A stretch of DNA of 63,028 bases, filler included, from Octopus bimaculoides (lineage: Eukaryota), in NCBI RefSeq assembly GCF_001194135.2. It is 3 parts of 3 records of this genome, joined end to end, with 100 filler letters (N's around TTAATTAATTAA, not from the genome) between each part and the next. Parts side by side here need not be neighbours in the genome. Positions count along the whole stretch, not along the records: positions 42,449 to 63,028 come from NC_068983.1; 2 more parts are not named here. One strand, 5' to 3'. Below the pieces are notes generated by a model, which was not told the origin of the DNA, made no database searches, and saw nothing but the letters and a program-made list of their open reading frames with translations. Of the stretch, positions 50,195 through 61,360 are shown piece after piece (the first letter of the stretch is position 1; the number at the start of each line of letters is the position of its first letter). The position numbers and the translations under genes are program-made.

Positions 50195-50487
50195 CTACAA
50201 GAGAAGCGTTCCAGGGATTCTTATAAAGGACAGCCAAATGGCCCGACACGCATTATCCCTTTGGTAGACTTGACACTTCTTTTGTAGGTTTGGTTGAGGA
50301 AATTGAAGCAGGATCTGTTTATAATGAAAGACAGGTGCAAAACGGATGCCGGAGCTGGTGAAGCCGAAATCGTAGACGTTGTATTCGAGCAGCAGGCTGA
50401 CATCTGAAAGAGCGGGTTCGATTATATGGAGCCGTTGGATAATGTCATCATAGCTGCTATGTCTGGAAAAGGTTAGTTCCTTAGGAT
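50195..50487 (-). CDS. Candidate (terminal) coding exon of an unidentified gene
   Basis: Stop-free non-repetitive frame DPKELTFSRHSSYDDIIQRLHIIEPALSDVSLLLEYNVYDFGFTSSGIRFAPVFHYKQILLQFPQP...PGTLLL*. It follows a polypyrimidine tract and TTTCAG acceptor, and shows locally higher GC with many C-ending codons. No homologue recognised. Confidence 0.3.
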
Positions 50488-51059
50488 CTGAAAGAAGAGC
50501 TGGAAAATCTTGTATAGAAGAGAGAAAGAGAGAGAGAGGGAGAGAGAGTGGGAGAGAGAGAGTGAGAGTGAGAAAGAAAGGACGTGTTGTTTTCTGGATA
50601 ATGTAACACAACATGAAGAAACAATTCGGGGGTGGGGTCTCAATAAATAACAACCGCCAAATTTCTCTGGACATCCAACTTGGCACGAAACATTTTATTC
50701 GCATGCTTATTATTATGCTCAAGAGCCACGTATAATGGTTGATCAGTAGTTCAAGTTCTTTTACTTCCTCCGTCTGTGCAAACACTAAACTTATCTGTCA
50801 ATGTCTTAGCCAGGTATTACAAGTTATCATTCTAAGCTGCGGCTGCCGTGTTAAATTGACGGGCGGCTCGTTGATATGATTTGTTGTGCTGAGTTCGATC
50901 ACCGCTCCACTCCACAGAGGAAGTTATTGGAAAATGACTAGCGTCATATCCACAAGTAGATTTTGATATTCTCTCGGTTGTTGAACTGTAGAATAATCAC
51001 CGATTCAGAGGGCTTTTAGACTTCGTGAATACCATCACTGTTCCCATCACCATAGATAC

Positions 51060-51155
51060 TGGTCACGATGATGATAATGATAATGATGACGATGACGATG
51101 ACGATGACTTGATAACGATGATGCAGAAGATGATGATCCTCCTCCTCCTCCTCCC
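51060..51155. repeat. (GAT/GAC)n-(CCT)n microsatellite
   Basis: Directly visible. Confidence 0.9.
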
Positions 51156-51209
51156 CATAAAATTTCAGGCCTTGTGCCTATAGTAGAAAGTATCATTATC
51201 ATCCAGGGA

Positions 51210-51360
51210 AGTGGATTGACAGAATAGTTAGAGCATCGGAACCCCCCCCCCCAAAAAAAAAATCGCTTTGTGGTGTTTGCTCTGATTTTTTACGTTCTGA
51301 CTTTGAATTTCGCTGTGATCAAGCATGTCTTTCATCTTTTCGGAGTCGATAAAATAAAGT
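51210..51360 (+). mobile_element. Old SINE family D copy (a D-type tail also lies at 51155-51200)
   Basis: TTTACGTTCTGACTTTGAATTTCGC...TTTCGGAGTCGATAAAATAAAGTA. Confidence 0.6.
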
Positions 51361-51361
51361 A

Positions 51362-51760
51362 GGCGTAGGAGTGGCTGTGTGGTAAGTAGCTTGCTTGCCA
51401 ACCACATGGTTCCAGGTTCATTCCCATTGCGTGGCACCTTGGGCAAGTGTCTTCTACTATAGCCTCGGGTCAACCAAAGCCTTGTGAGTGGATTTGGTAG
51501 ACGGAAACTGAAAGAAGCCCGTCGTATATATGTATATATATGTATGTGTGTGTGTTGTACCCCCAACATCGCTTGACAACCGATGCTGGTGTGTTTACGT
51601 CCCCGTAACTTAGCGGTTCGGCAAAAGAGACCGATAGAATAAGTTCTAGGCTTCCAAAGAATTAGTCCTGGGGTCGATTTGCTCGACTAAAGGCATTGCT
51701 CCAGAATGGCCACAGCCAAATGACTGAAACAAGTAAAAGAGTAAAAAGAGTAAAAAAGTA
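51362..51760 (+). mobile_element. SINE family B, full length with short internal microsatellite
   Basis: GGCGTAGGAGTGGCTGTGTGGTAAGTAGCTTGCTT head through the GAAACAAGTAAAAGAGTAAAAAGAG tail. Best reference copy of the family here. Confidence 0.9.
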
Positions 51761-51839
51761 TCTGTCAAATGGTTGGGTTGGATGTATCGCCTAACCTCTT
51801 GCCCTACGGTTCCTGGTCTTGTACCAAAATTCGAAGCCA

Positions 51840-52065
51840 AAGGCGACGAACTAGCTGAGTCGTTAGCGCGCCATACAAAAGGCTTTGCCAGCAATTCTTC
51901 TGGTTCTTTACGTTCTGAGTTCAAATACCACCGAGGTCAAATTTGTCTTTTGTCTTTTCGGGGTTGATAAAATAATTACCAGTTAAGCACTGGGATCAAA
52001 GTAATCGGTTAGACTCTTCCTCAAAAATTTCAGGACTTTGTCGATATTAGAAAGGATTATTATTG
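51840..52065 (+). mobile_element. SINE family D
   Basis: D consensus with AAATTTCAGG...TAGAAAGGATTATT tail. Confidence 0.75.
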
Positions 52066-52074
52066 TTATTATTA

Positions 52075-52300
52075 AGGCGGCGAGCTGGCAATATCCTTAC
52101 TGCGCCGGAGAAAATGCTTAGCGACATTTCTTCCGATTTTACGTTCTGCGTTCATATGCCGCCGGTGTCGACTTTACGTCTCATCCTTTCGGGGTCGATA
52201 AAATAAGTACCAGTTGAGCACTCGGGTCGATGTAATCAATTTGCTTCTTCCACTACAATTGCTGGCCTTGTGACAAAATTTGAAACCATCATTATTATTA
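52075..52300 (+). mobile_element. SINE family D
   Basis: D consensus with AATTGCTGGCCTTGTGACAAAATTTGAAACC tail. Confidence 0.8.
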
Positions 52301-52544
52301 TCATCATCCAGAGCTGTAGATTAGCGGAATCTTTAGCGTGTCGAGTATTCAGACGAACATAGCTCCCAATGACTGATACGTAATCAAGGACGGAGCTTCG
52401 TCAAGTTTGGGACCCATCCCACGTTGTGTATATATATTATACTTATATACACTATATACACATATTAGACATCCAATGGTGGATCTACTTTCATAATGTA
52501 AGATTTCCTCGATCGAGATTCTGAGTACTCATATCTAAGGCATT

Positions 52545-52753
52545 GATTTCAAACTTTGGCACAAGACCAGCAATTTCGGGGGAGGTGGCGAGTCGATTAC
52601 ATCGACCCCTGTGCTAAACTGGTATTTATTTCATCGAGAACGAAAGGATGAAAGGTAAGTCGACCTCGGCAGAATTTGAATTCAGAAAGTAAAGATGGAC
52701 GAAAACCGCTAATTTTTCCAGCATGCTAACGATTCTGAAAGCTCGCTGCCTTA
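52545..52753 (-). mobile_element. SINE family D
   Basis: Reverse complement of the D consensus, including the TTTCAAACTTTGGCACAAGACCAGCAATT tail. Confidence 0.8.
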
Positions 52754-53010
52754 CTCCCCTGTAACATATTCATAAGAACGAAACATACAAAAGATTTTCA
52801 TTTGCCATTTCTAGTTAATTATAAGATATTTAGAGGGGAAGTTGTGGCTTTGATGCCTTTGTTCCAAGAAAATTTATAACGTTAATGGAGTTAAATTAAA
52901 CAATCAAAGCAGGAATAGAAATTGGGAGATAGCTTGGAATTTTCAACTGGTTTAGTATAAGTTTAGTCACTGCTATAGTTACCCCCGCCACCGCCACAAC
53001 AACAACAATT

Positions 53011-53085
53011 ACTACTACTACTACTACTACTACTACTAGTAGTAGTAGTAGTCAGTAGCAGTAGTAGTAGTCTAGTAGTAGTAGT
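53011..53085. repeat. (ACT)9 directly followed by (AGT)5 and degenerate (TAG) units
   Basis: Directly visible. Forms a perfect 30-bp palindrome at 53023-53052. Confidence 0.9.
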
Positions 53086-53640
53086 AACCAACGACGATAG
53101 TTCGACTTGTTACAAATAACCGTCAAAAATGATAGAATGGTAGGGGTTATGAAAAGGGTCAGCATTTCTCTTCCTATCAACTGACGGGGCGAGGTAATAG
53201 CACCTAATCCTCTTCCTTTCCAAACTCCATATCACTGTAACCAAATCTCCCTCAAATCACCCCGTATCTCCTTAATGAAAAAAAAAAAGGAAGTAACACA
53301 TACCATTCGATAATGTCTTATACACCCCAGAAAAAAACACCCATAAATATAATCTTTTCCTTAACGTTTCCAAAAAATGCTATGGTATCCATCATCTGCT
53401 TATCTCTGGGAACAAATAAAAGAACCTTGCTACTTATAATGAAAACGGTTACTGTTTTAAAGAGAGGAACTATCTTATTAATCACGTTTAATTTTTTAAA
53501 TTTTTATGTTTTACTCGGGGGTGAAGGTAGCATTTTGCCCGATATACGTACATACATACATATACATATATATATAATACACAAACACATATATAATACA
53601 TATATTTTGAGATATATGTTACATAGATAATACATATAAC

Positions 53641-53942
53641 TGGCACCCTGTCGGTTATGACGACAAGTGTTCCAGTTAATCCCCTCAGCGGAACAGCCTG
53701 CTCACGAAATTAATATGCAAGCGGCTGAGCCCTCCACAGGCTCGCGTACCCTTAACGTAGTTCTCAACCAGATACAGCATGACAAGGCTGACCCTTTGAA
53801 ATACAGGTACAACTTAATTTTGCCAGCTGAGTGGACTAGAGCAACGTGAAATAAAATGTCTGACTCAAGAGACACAACGCACCGCCGGAAATCGAATTCA
53901 CGACATTTCGATCGTGAAACTAACACCTCTAACCATTAAGCC
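53641..53942 (-). mobile_element. SINE family C (family-A-type 3' tail, different central domain)
   Basis: 53641-53812 matches the family A 3' part. 53815-53942 has GCCAGCTGAGTGGACTAGAGCAACGTGAAATAAA plus a tRNA-like head. Confidence 0.8.
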
Positions 53943-54153
53943 TTCGACTATAAAACATATATATTACAAGTATAATACATACATAATGCAAAAACACCCT
54001 ACAGACTGCGATAGTCAATAAGATTGAAATAAAATTTAAAATATATTTTCTGTCTGTGTGACCCAGTACCAAATGGTCTACGGCTCTATACTGATTCACG
54101 TCCCGGTTGTTGGGGATTCCTGTTTAGCAGGACCTAAGAGACTGGTAAGATGG

Positions 54154-54162
54154 AGAGAGAGA

Positions 54163-54249
<87 letters not shown>
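54154..54249. repeat. (GA)n microsatellite
   Basis: Directly visible. Confidence 0.95.
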
Positions 54250-54349
54250 GAGTACATTCAAATCGGAGTCCTAGTCCGAATACTTACCACTGAATGGAGT
54301 CTGCTACAGGAGTCCAAGGTGTCAGGAGGTCATTGAGGTTGCTATAAAG

Positions 54350-54896
54350 CAGGGGTGAAGAAACCCCCGCCCGCGGGCGCAGTTGCTCCCGCGAGCCCAT
54401 TTCATTGTGCCCACAGGCTGATATACTCATATGTACAAAATATTGTAAATTCTTCAATCATAAAATTTATACAATACTCGTATGCCTATTTGCGACATAG
54501 GTCGCGTTTCCACCACGACTTAAAATGGTCAGGTTCGAACAGAAATCGCCCGGTAATTGCCATTTGAATGGAAATTATGTTTTCACTATAAAGCACATAT
54601 TGCTATGTTAGTACCACCCCACTTCAGACCCAGGTACACTCTAGCTGAAAAATATAGAATACCTCATAAGTAATATAAACGTCCTAAATTCAGTGGCGGC
54701 GTTAATAAAGATGTTTCGCGTTAATTTAATGTCTTAAACTTATCTTTTTTATGTATATCAAACTATTCATAGATATAGATATATATATATATATACAAGA
54801 TTTACACAGATATAAGATTTAGAACCTGTGATCTGCCCGCAGACCCCTTTCTTAGGAAACTTTTGCCCGCCGCACTAAAATGTTTGCCCACCCCTG
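54350..54896. mobile_element. hAT-superfamily MITE (547 bp)
   Basis: TIRs CAGGGGTGAAGAAAC and reverse complement CAGGGGTGGGCAAAC (12/15). 8-bp TSD CTATAAAG (54342-54349) / CTATAGAG (54897-54904). Confidence 0.85.
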
Positions 54897-55011
54897 CTAT
54901 AGAGCATTGCCACCCGGGACACCCAAACCCCGTCTCTATACAGGCTCATATAGCAGACACAAAAGTGCAGTTCCTATACAGGCTTTTACAGCAAATCCAA
55001 AATCCAGGTGC

Positions 55012-55123
55012 ATCCTGAAAGGATGAAAGGCAAAATATCCCGCGGTGGAATTTGAACTCAGAATGTAATACCGCTAAGTATTTTGCCCAGGATGCTAATG
55101 ACTCTGTCAGCACCCCGCCCTAA
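55012..55123 (-). mobile_element. SINE family D, 5' part
   Basis: GAAAGGATGAAAGGCAAAA...GGAATTTGAACTCAGAATGTAATACCGCTAAGTATTTT. Confidence 0.65.
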
Positions 55124-56241
55124 TACTTTTAATATCGTCAGTTTATTTTTTCTGACAATAAGTCTATTGAGGTCTGATAAGTTTAGAATGGCAGTAATTA
55201 TTTTTGAACTTTACTTAGAATATTTGGTCAACAGTAACCAACGCCTTTAAATGGAACAGACGCCCCATGTAGACGGTTATATGCTGGTGCCTTTGTATTA
55301 TATTGATGATGGACCGAAGACATTTGGATTTGTTTCTTAAGATAAACACTGAACTATTTTAGCTATTAACATAATTCTGCTCTTATATTTTAATGGTCTT
55401 TATCGTAGTTACTCTCTGTCTTTCACTCTCTCTCTCTCTCTGTCTCTCACTCTCTCTCTCTCTGTCTCTCACTGTCTGTCTGTCTCTCTTGTCTGATCAT
55501 TCTTTGAATGTATGTGTGTATGTGTGTATGTATGTATGTATGTATGTATGTATGAATGTATGGATGAGTTCATGCACATAGACATGTTTGTATAATTTTA
55601 TGTACGAACGTGCATCAGTATGTATGTATGTATGTATGTATGTATGTATGTATGTATGTATACATTCTTGTGCGTATGCAACTAGGTTGTATATGCATAT
55701 GTATGTACATATGTACATCATATATATACACACACACACACACACGCACACACACATATATATGTATGTATACACACACACACATACATTTGGATCTATG
55801 TATGTATGTAATGGATTTATGTATATATATATATGTATATATATATGTACAAACATATATGTACAAATACGGTTTGTGTATGTATGGATGGGTCTAATAT
55901 ATCTACCTATCTATCTATCTATCTATCTATCTTGCATATAGATATTTCATGTCTGTATGTATATACGTGTTTGTATATGTGTATATATATATGACTGTAT
56001 ACGTACATATCTATATATATGCACGTACGTATACTGTATCTATTGTAGCCGTTGTTTTTCATTTATTTTTATATTTCATGTTTTTTCTTCTTCAACAGCC
56101 AACAACAAAAGGCAACATATTTCGAAACCCCTCCTCCACCAACCCAACCCCACATACAATTAGTCGCATAGTTGTCTCGCAGCAGTCAAGCGAACAATCA
56201 AAACAAACCAGCCAGACAAACTGATGAGAGTACGTCTAAGC

Positions 56242-56389
56242 CAGCGTTTTTCACACTTTTTTGTCGCGATCCACTGAAGGGTCGGGATCCGGTTTGAAAA
56301 ACCTTGGTTTATATTCTGCACTTTGCACCCACTTGCGTTTTTTTCTTTCCTTCTTTTTTTGTTACGACCCACAGTTTGAAAAAATGCTG
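56242..56389. mobile_element. hAT (Charlie/MER5-like) MITE (148 bp)
   Basis: TIRs CAGCGTTTTTCACACT and reverse complement CAGCATTTTTTCAAACT. 8-bp TSD GTCTAAGC (56234-56241) / GTCTAGGC (56390-56397). Confidence 0.8.
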
Positions 56390-56469
56390 GTCTAGGCGGT
56401 TGTCCGGCCTGCTAGAAATAGCAGCAAAATCTCTTAGGTCTAGGATAGATTAGGAAATATAAGCTCCTT

Positions 56470-58130
56470 ATAAGACTGACCATGGAATGATCTACCAGAA
56501 GTTAAGGGATCATGGTATCACAGGAAAACTCGGAGAATGGCTCTTTGACTTCTCATTGCAAACGGTTTTCTCTCTGCAAAGTCTCTTATAATACGTGGTA
56601 TACCTCAAGGCACGATTCTGGGACCATTATTATTTATCATCACCCTATCAGGTATAAGCTCACAACTGCACTCGGCCAACCTGACGAGCTACATCTATGA
56701 CTCAAGAGCATCGATGGCTATCCAAACTCTTGAAGATGTCATATTTCAAAATGAGCTAAACCTCATTTATCTATGGGTAGTGGCTGTGTGGTAGGTAGCT
56801 TGCCTACCAACCACATGGTTCTGGGTTCAGTCACACTGCGTGGCACCTTGGGCAAGTGTCTTCTACTATAGCCTCCGGCCGACCAAAGCCTTGTGAGTGG
56901 ATTTGGTTGACGGAAACTGAAAGAAGCCTGTCGTATATATATATATATATNNNNNNNNNNNNNNNNNNNNNNNNNNNNNNNNNNNNNNNNNNNNNNNNNN
57001 ATATATTCAAATTACGACAAACGTAAATAAACAAGCGAAGCTTGCTTTTAGAAGCGTTGAGATGTCTTTTCTGCGATTGAGAATTTAAACATCACTTCTT
57101 TAACTTTATATATATATATATATATGTGTGTGTATATGTTTGTGTGTCTGTTTGTCCCCCCGATGGTGGTGTGTTTACGTCCCCGTAACTTAACGGTTCG
57201 GCAAAAGAGACCGATAGAATAAGTACTAAGCATCCCAAGAATAAGTCCTGGGGTTGATTTGCTCGACTAAAGGCGGTGCTCCAGCATGGCCACAGTCAAA
57301 TGACTGAAACAAGTAAAAGAATATATCAAAATTTCAGGTTCTGCATTACGGAAGGAAAACGCACAAATCATTATTTGACACGAGACAACACAATCGTTCA
57401 GAGCGCTAATAACATACGGAGCTTGGAGTAATCATGTCAAATGAGGCATCTTTCATCAGTCACATCACCAAACTGACCTCTAAATGCAAATATCTCACGA
57501 GATGGATCCTACGAACCTTCGTGAAAAAATAACCGGTAGTTTTGCCGATTCTATGGAAAACCTTAGTTCTGGGCAGATTAAATTACTGCTCACAGCTTTG
57601 GTCTCTAAACTCATTTGGTTTCATGGAATAGACTGAAGGGTTACAAAGAACGTTCGCCTGTGAAATAACTTCGGTTAAAAGTCTTAATTACTGGCAACGT
57701 CTGAAAGCTCAACGTCTCTACTCTTTTTGAATGCCGAAGAGAGAGATATGCTACCATATACGTATGGAAAATCCTGGAGTGGCATGTTCCGAATTTCGGC
57801 ATTAGAGAGAATTTCAATGCACGAACAGGTTAGCTTCCAAATACACCACCCTTCAGAATCACGAGCAAAAACACGCTATTGTACCAGTCTGATATTTAGA
57901 GGTCCTCAGCTGTTCAACTTCCTTCCTAAAGAAATCAGAAATATATAAAAGACTTCTACTGAAGCATTAAAAAACAGCAAAAAAAAAAAAAACAAAAACG
58001 AAAAAACATTGCATAAATTCCTGTCGACGATACCGGACAAGTCAACCATTTAAAGATACACTCACAAACCAACTTCCAACCATAAAGCGATAACAAAACT
58101 GAAAGAGAATAAGTTAAGGTGGTGCTTCAG
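56470..58130 (+). mobile_element. CR1-like LINE, 3' part of ORF2 pseudogene, interrupted by a SINE B at 56780-57322
   Basis: DHGMIYQKLRDHGITGKLGEWL, GIPQGTILGPLLFI, KFQVLHYG, LGVIMSNEASF..HI, LNYCSQLW, YWQRLK, RERY..IYVWKILE, GPQLFNFLP. Confidence 0.85.
56780..57322 (+). mobile_element. SINE family B, full length, internal (TA)n and gap
   Basis: Near-identical modules to 51362-51760. Confidence 0.9.
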
Positions 58131-58440
58131 TATGGATGCATCTTACGGTTGAAACCACTAAAATAATAAAAGAATAAAAGAAAAATATATATCTGCTATA
58201 TAAATGAGAGTATAAGTGTGTATTTGTATGTGTAAATCACTGAAAGGCTCTGAAATGGTGCGTCCTTGAGAAAAACGGATTTGATTTTCGAAATCTGAGT
58301 CCCAAAGGTTTTCGATAAATAACAATCAAGAAATATAATTTACTACGAGAAATAACTCGACTTTCAAATCGCCAAATCTACCGCTCTCTATCTGTCCTAT
58401 ATATCAATATGTATCACTCTGTCTTTTACCTTTCCCCCTC

Positions 58441-58672
58441 TCTTTACTCTTTTACTTGTTTCAGTCATTTGACTGCGGCCATGCTGGAGCACCGCCTTTA
58501 GTCGAGCAAATCGACCCCAGGACTTATTCTTTAGAAGCCTAGTACTTATTCTATCGGTCTCTTTTGCCGAACCGCTAAGTTACGGGGACGTAAACACACC
58601 AGCATCGGTTGTCAAGCGATGTTGGTGGTGGGGGGAACAAACACAGACACACAGACATACACACACACACAC
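58441..58672 (-). mobile_element. SINE family B, 3' module (rest in gap)
   Basis: Reverse complement of 51550-51755. Confidence 0.85.
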
Positions 58673-59410
58673 ANNNNNNNNNNNNNNNNNNNNNNNNNNN
58701 NNNNNNNNNNNNNNNNNNNNNNNNNNNNNNNNNNNNNNNNNNNNNNNNNNNNNNNNNNNNNNNNNNNNNNNNNNNNNNNNNNNNNNNNNNNNNNNNNNNN
58801 NNNNNNNNNNNNNNNNNNNNNNNNNNNNNNNNNNNNNNNNNNNNNNNNNNNNNNNNNNNNNNNNNNNNNNNNNNNNNNNNNNNNNNNNNNNNNNNNNNNN
58901 NNNNNNNNNNNNNNNNNNNNNNNNNNNNNNNNNNNNNNNNNNNNNNNNNNNNNNNNNNNNNNNNNNNNNNNNNNNNNNNNNNNNNNNNNNNNNNNNNNNN
59001 NNNNNNNNNNNNNNNNNNNNNNNNNNNNNNNNNNNNNNNNNNNNNNNNNNNNNNNNNNNNNNNNNNNNNNNNNNNNNNNNNNNNNNNNNNNNNNNNNNNN
59101 NNNNNNNNNNNNNNNNNNNNNNNNNNNNNNNNNNNNNNNNNNNNNNNNNNNNNNNNNNNNNNNNNNNNNNNNNNNNNNNNNNNNNNNNNNNNNNNNNNNN
59201 NNNNNNNNNNNNNNNNNNNNNNNNNNNNNNNNNNNNNNNNNNNNNNNNNNNNNNNNNNNNNNNNNNNNNNNNNNNNNNNNNNNNNNNNNNNNNNNNNNNN
59301 NNNNNNNNNNNNNNNNNNNNNNNNNNNNNNNNNNNNNNNNNNNNNNNNNNNNNNNNNNNNNNNNNNNNNNNNNNNNNNNNNNNNNNNNNNNNNNNNNNNN
59401 NNNNNNNNNN

Positions 59411-59482
<72 letters not shown>

Positions 59483-59800
59483 CTCCACACACACACACAC
59501 ACACACACATGTATATATATGCCTGATAAATAAAGTACCAGCTTAAGACTGGCCGTAACGTTAGAACATCAAACAGGATTTCTCTTCCGGTTCTCAGTTT
59601 AAATACTGTCATGGCCTATTGGAGCGATAGTCTTAATCTGTTGTCCAGATTAACACTGCCACCTAGCGGAGTCTACTCTTTTGGAAGCAGTCGGGGCCAG
59701 GTTTCCGGTTTAGGGTACCCTTCCTCTCATCCTACCACCTATTTTCAGAGATCCTGTAAAAGGTCATGGGTACCGCTTTTGTCTCTTTATTAGAAGATAA

Positions 59801-60177
59801 GGATCTATTTTAAAACGGGGGCGCCAGTTTTCATTTATGTTTTATGTAGTGTTTTTTGGTACGGAAAGACTTTCAAACTTCGTATACTTATCTATTTTGT
59901 GTTATAGAACAGAAAAATATATTTGTATTCGAATTTATTTCATGTAAAAAATTGTCTTATTTCGATAATTTCTACTAATCACTGACGTCTATTCAGTTGA
60001 AAACAGTTAGCGCTGTAACGGTGTATATCGTATTAATCCCCTAACCCTAACCCTAACTAGACTGTTAACCGTAACCGTAACCGTAACCCTAACCCTAAAA
60101 CTAACCCTAACTCTAGAATCCGAACTCTAAAATTGTTACACACATAGATACGCACAGCGTAATTTATTATATAATCA
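59801..60177 (+). mobile_element. Unclassified non-autonomous element with CCCTAA/CCGTAA repeats (right end in gap)
   Basis: Starts GGATCTATTTTAAAACGGGGG, has AATCACTGACGTCTATTCAG at 59977 and telomere-like units at 60039-60111. Confidence 0.6.
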
Positions 60178-60828
60178 NNNNNNNNNNNNNNNNNNNNNNN
60201 NNNNNNNNNNNNNNNNNNNNNNNNNNNNNNNNNNNNNNNNNNNNNNNNNNNNNNNNNNNNNNNNNNNNNNNNNNNNNNNNNNNNNNNNNNNNNNNNNNNN
60301 NNNNNNNNNNNNNNNNNNNNNNNNNNNNNNNNNNNNNNNNNNNNNNNNNNNNNNNNNNNNNNNNNNNNNNNNNNNNNNNNNNNNNNNNNNNNNNNNNNNN
60401 NNNNNNNNNNNNNNNNNNNNNNNNNNNNNNNNNNNNNNNNNNNNNNNNNNNNNNNNNNNNNNNNNNNNNNNNNNNNNNNNNNNNNNNNNNNNNNNNNNNN
60501 NNNNNNNNNNNNNNNNNNNNNNNNNNNNNNNNNNNNNNNNNNNNNNNNNNNNNNNNNNNNNNNNNNNNNNNNNNNNNNNNNNNNNNNNNNNNNNNNNNNN
60601 NNNNNNNNNNNNNNNNNNNNNNNNNNNNNNNNNNNNNNNNNNNNNNNNNNNNNNNNNNNNNNNNNNNNNNNNNNNNNNNNNNNNNNNNNNNNNNNNNNNN
60701 NNNNNNNNNNNNNNNNNNNNNNNNNNNNNNNNNNNNNNNNNNNNNNNNNNNNNNNNNNNNNNNNNNNNNNNNNNNNNNNNNNNNNNNNNNNNNNNNNNNN
60801 NNNNNNNNNNNNNNNNNNNNNNNNNNNN

Positions 60829-61148
60829 CGATTCCCAGACCGGGCGTTGTGAGTGTTTATTGAGCGAAAACAGCTAAAGCCCCACGAGGCTCCGGCAGGG
60901 GATGGTGGCGAACCCTGCTGTATTCTTTCACCACAACTTTCTCTCACTCTTACTTCCTGTTTCTGTTGTGCCTGTAATTCAAAAGGTCAGCCTTGTCACA
61001 CTGTCACGCTGAATATCCCCGAGAACTACTTTAAGGGTACACGTGTCTGTGGAGTGCTCAGCCACTTGCATGTTAATTTCAGGAGCGGGCTGTTCCGTTG
61101 ATCGGATCAACTGGAACCCTCGACGTCGTAAGCGACGGAGTGCCAACA
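60829..61148 (+). mobile_element. SINE family A (head in gap)
   Basis: From CGATTCCCAGACC to GGAGTGCCAACA; near-identical to the other A copies. Confidence 0.9.
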
Positions 61149-61360
61149 TCCTTGGTGTGTCAGTCCTACAATGTAAGACATTCAAAACATATCCATTCCA
61201 TCTGTTTTCTGTTTGCGTTTGTCTCTCGCAACCGCTTGTCAAGCAATGCTGGTTTGTTTACGACTCCCTAACTGAGCGATATAATTGGCCGTTCCCATCG
61301 CCCTCTCTTAAAATTACTGACCTTGTACCGGAATTTGAATCCATTATTATACATTGATAT

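Noticed and set aside
50288-50471. Plus-strand exon bounded by TTTTGTAG and AAG/GTTAGT
   Set aside because: All three plus frames contain a stop within the 184 bp. It is more likely the shadow of the minus frame, though a non-coding exon is not excluded.
60039-60111. True telomere or chromosome-fusion relic
   Set aside because: The units are few and degenerate and are embedded in a repeat that recurs at 39 kb.
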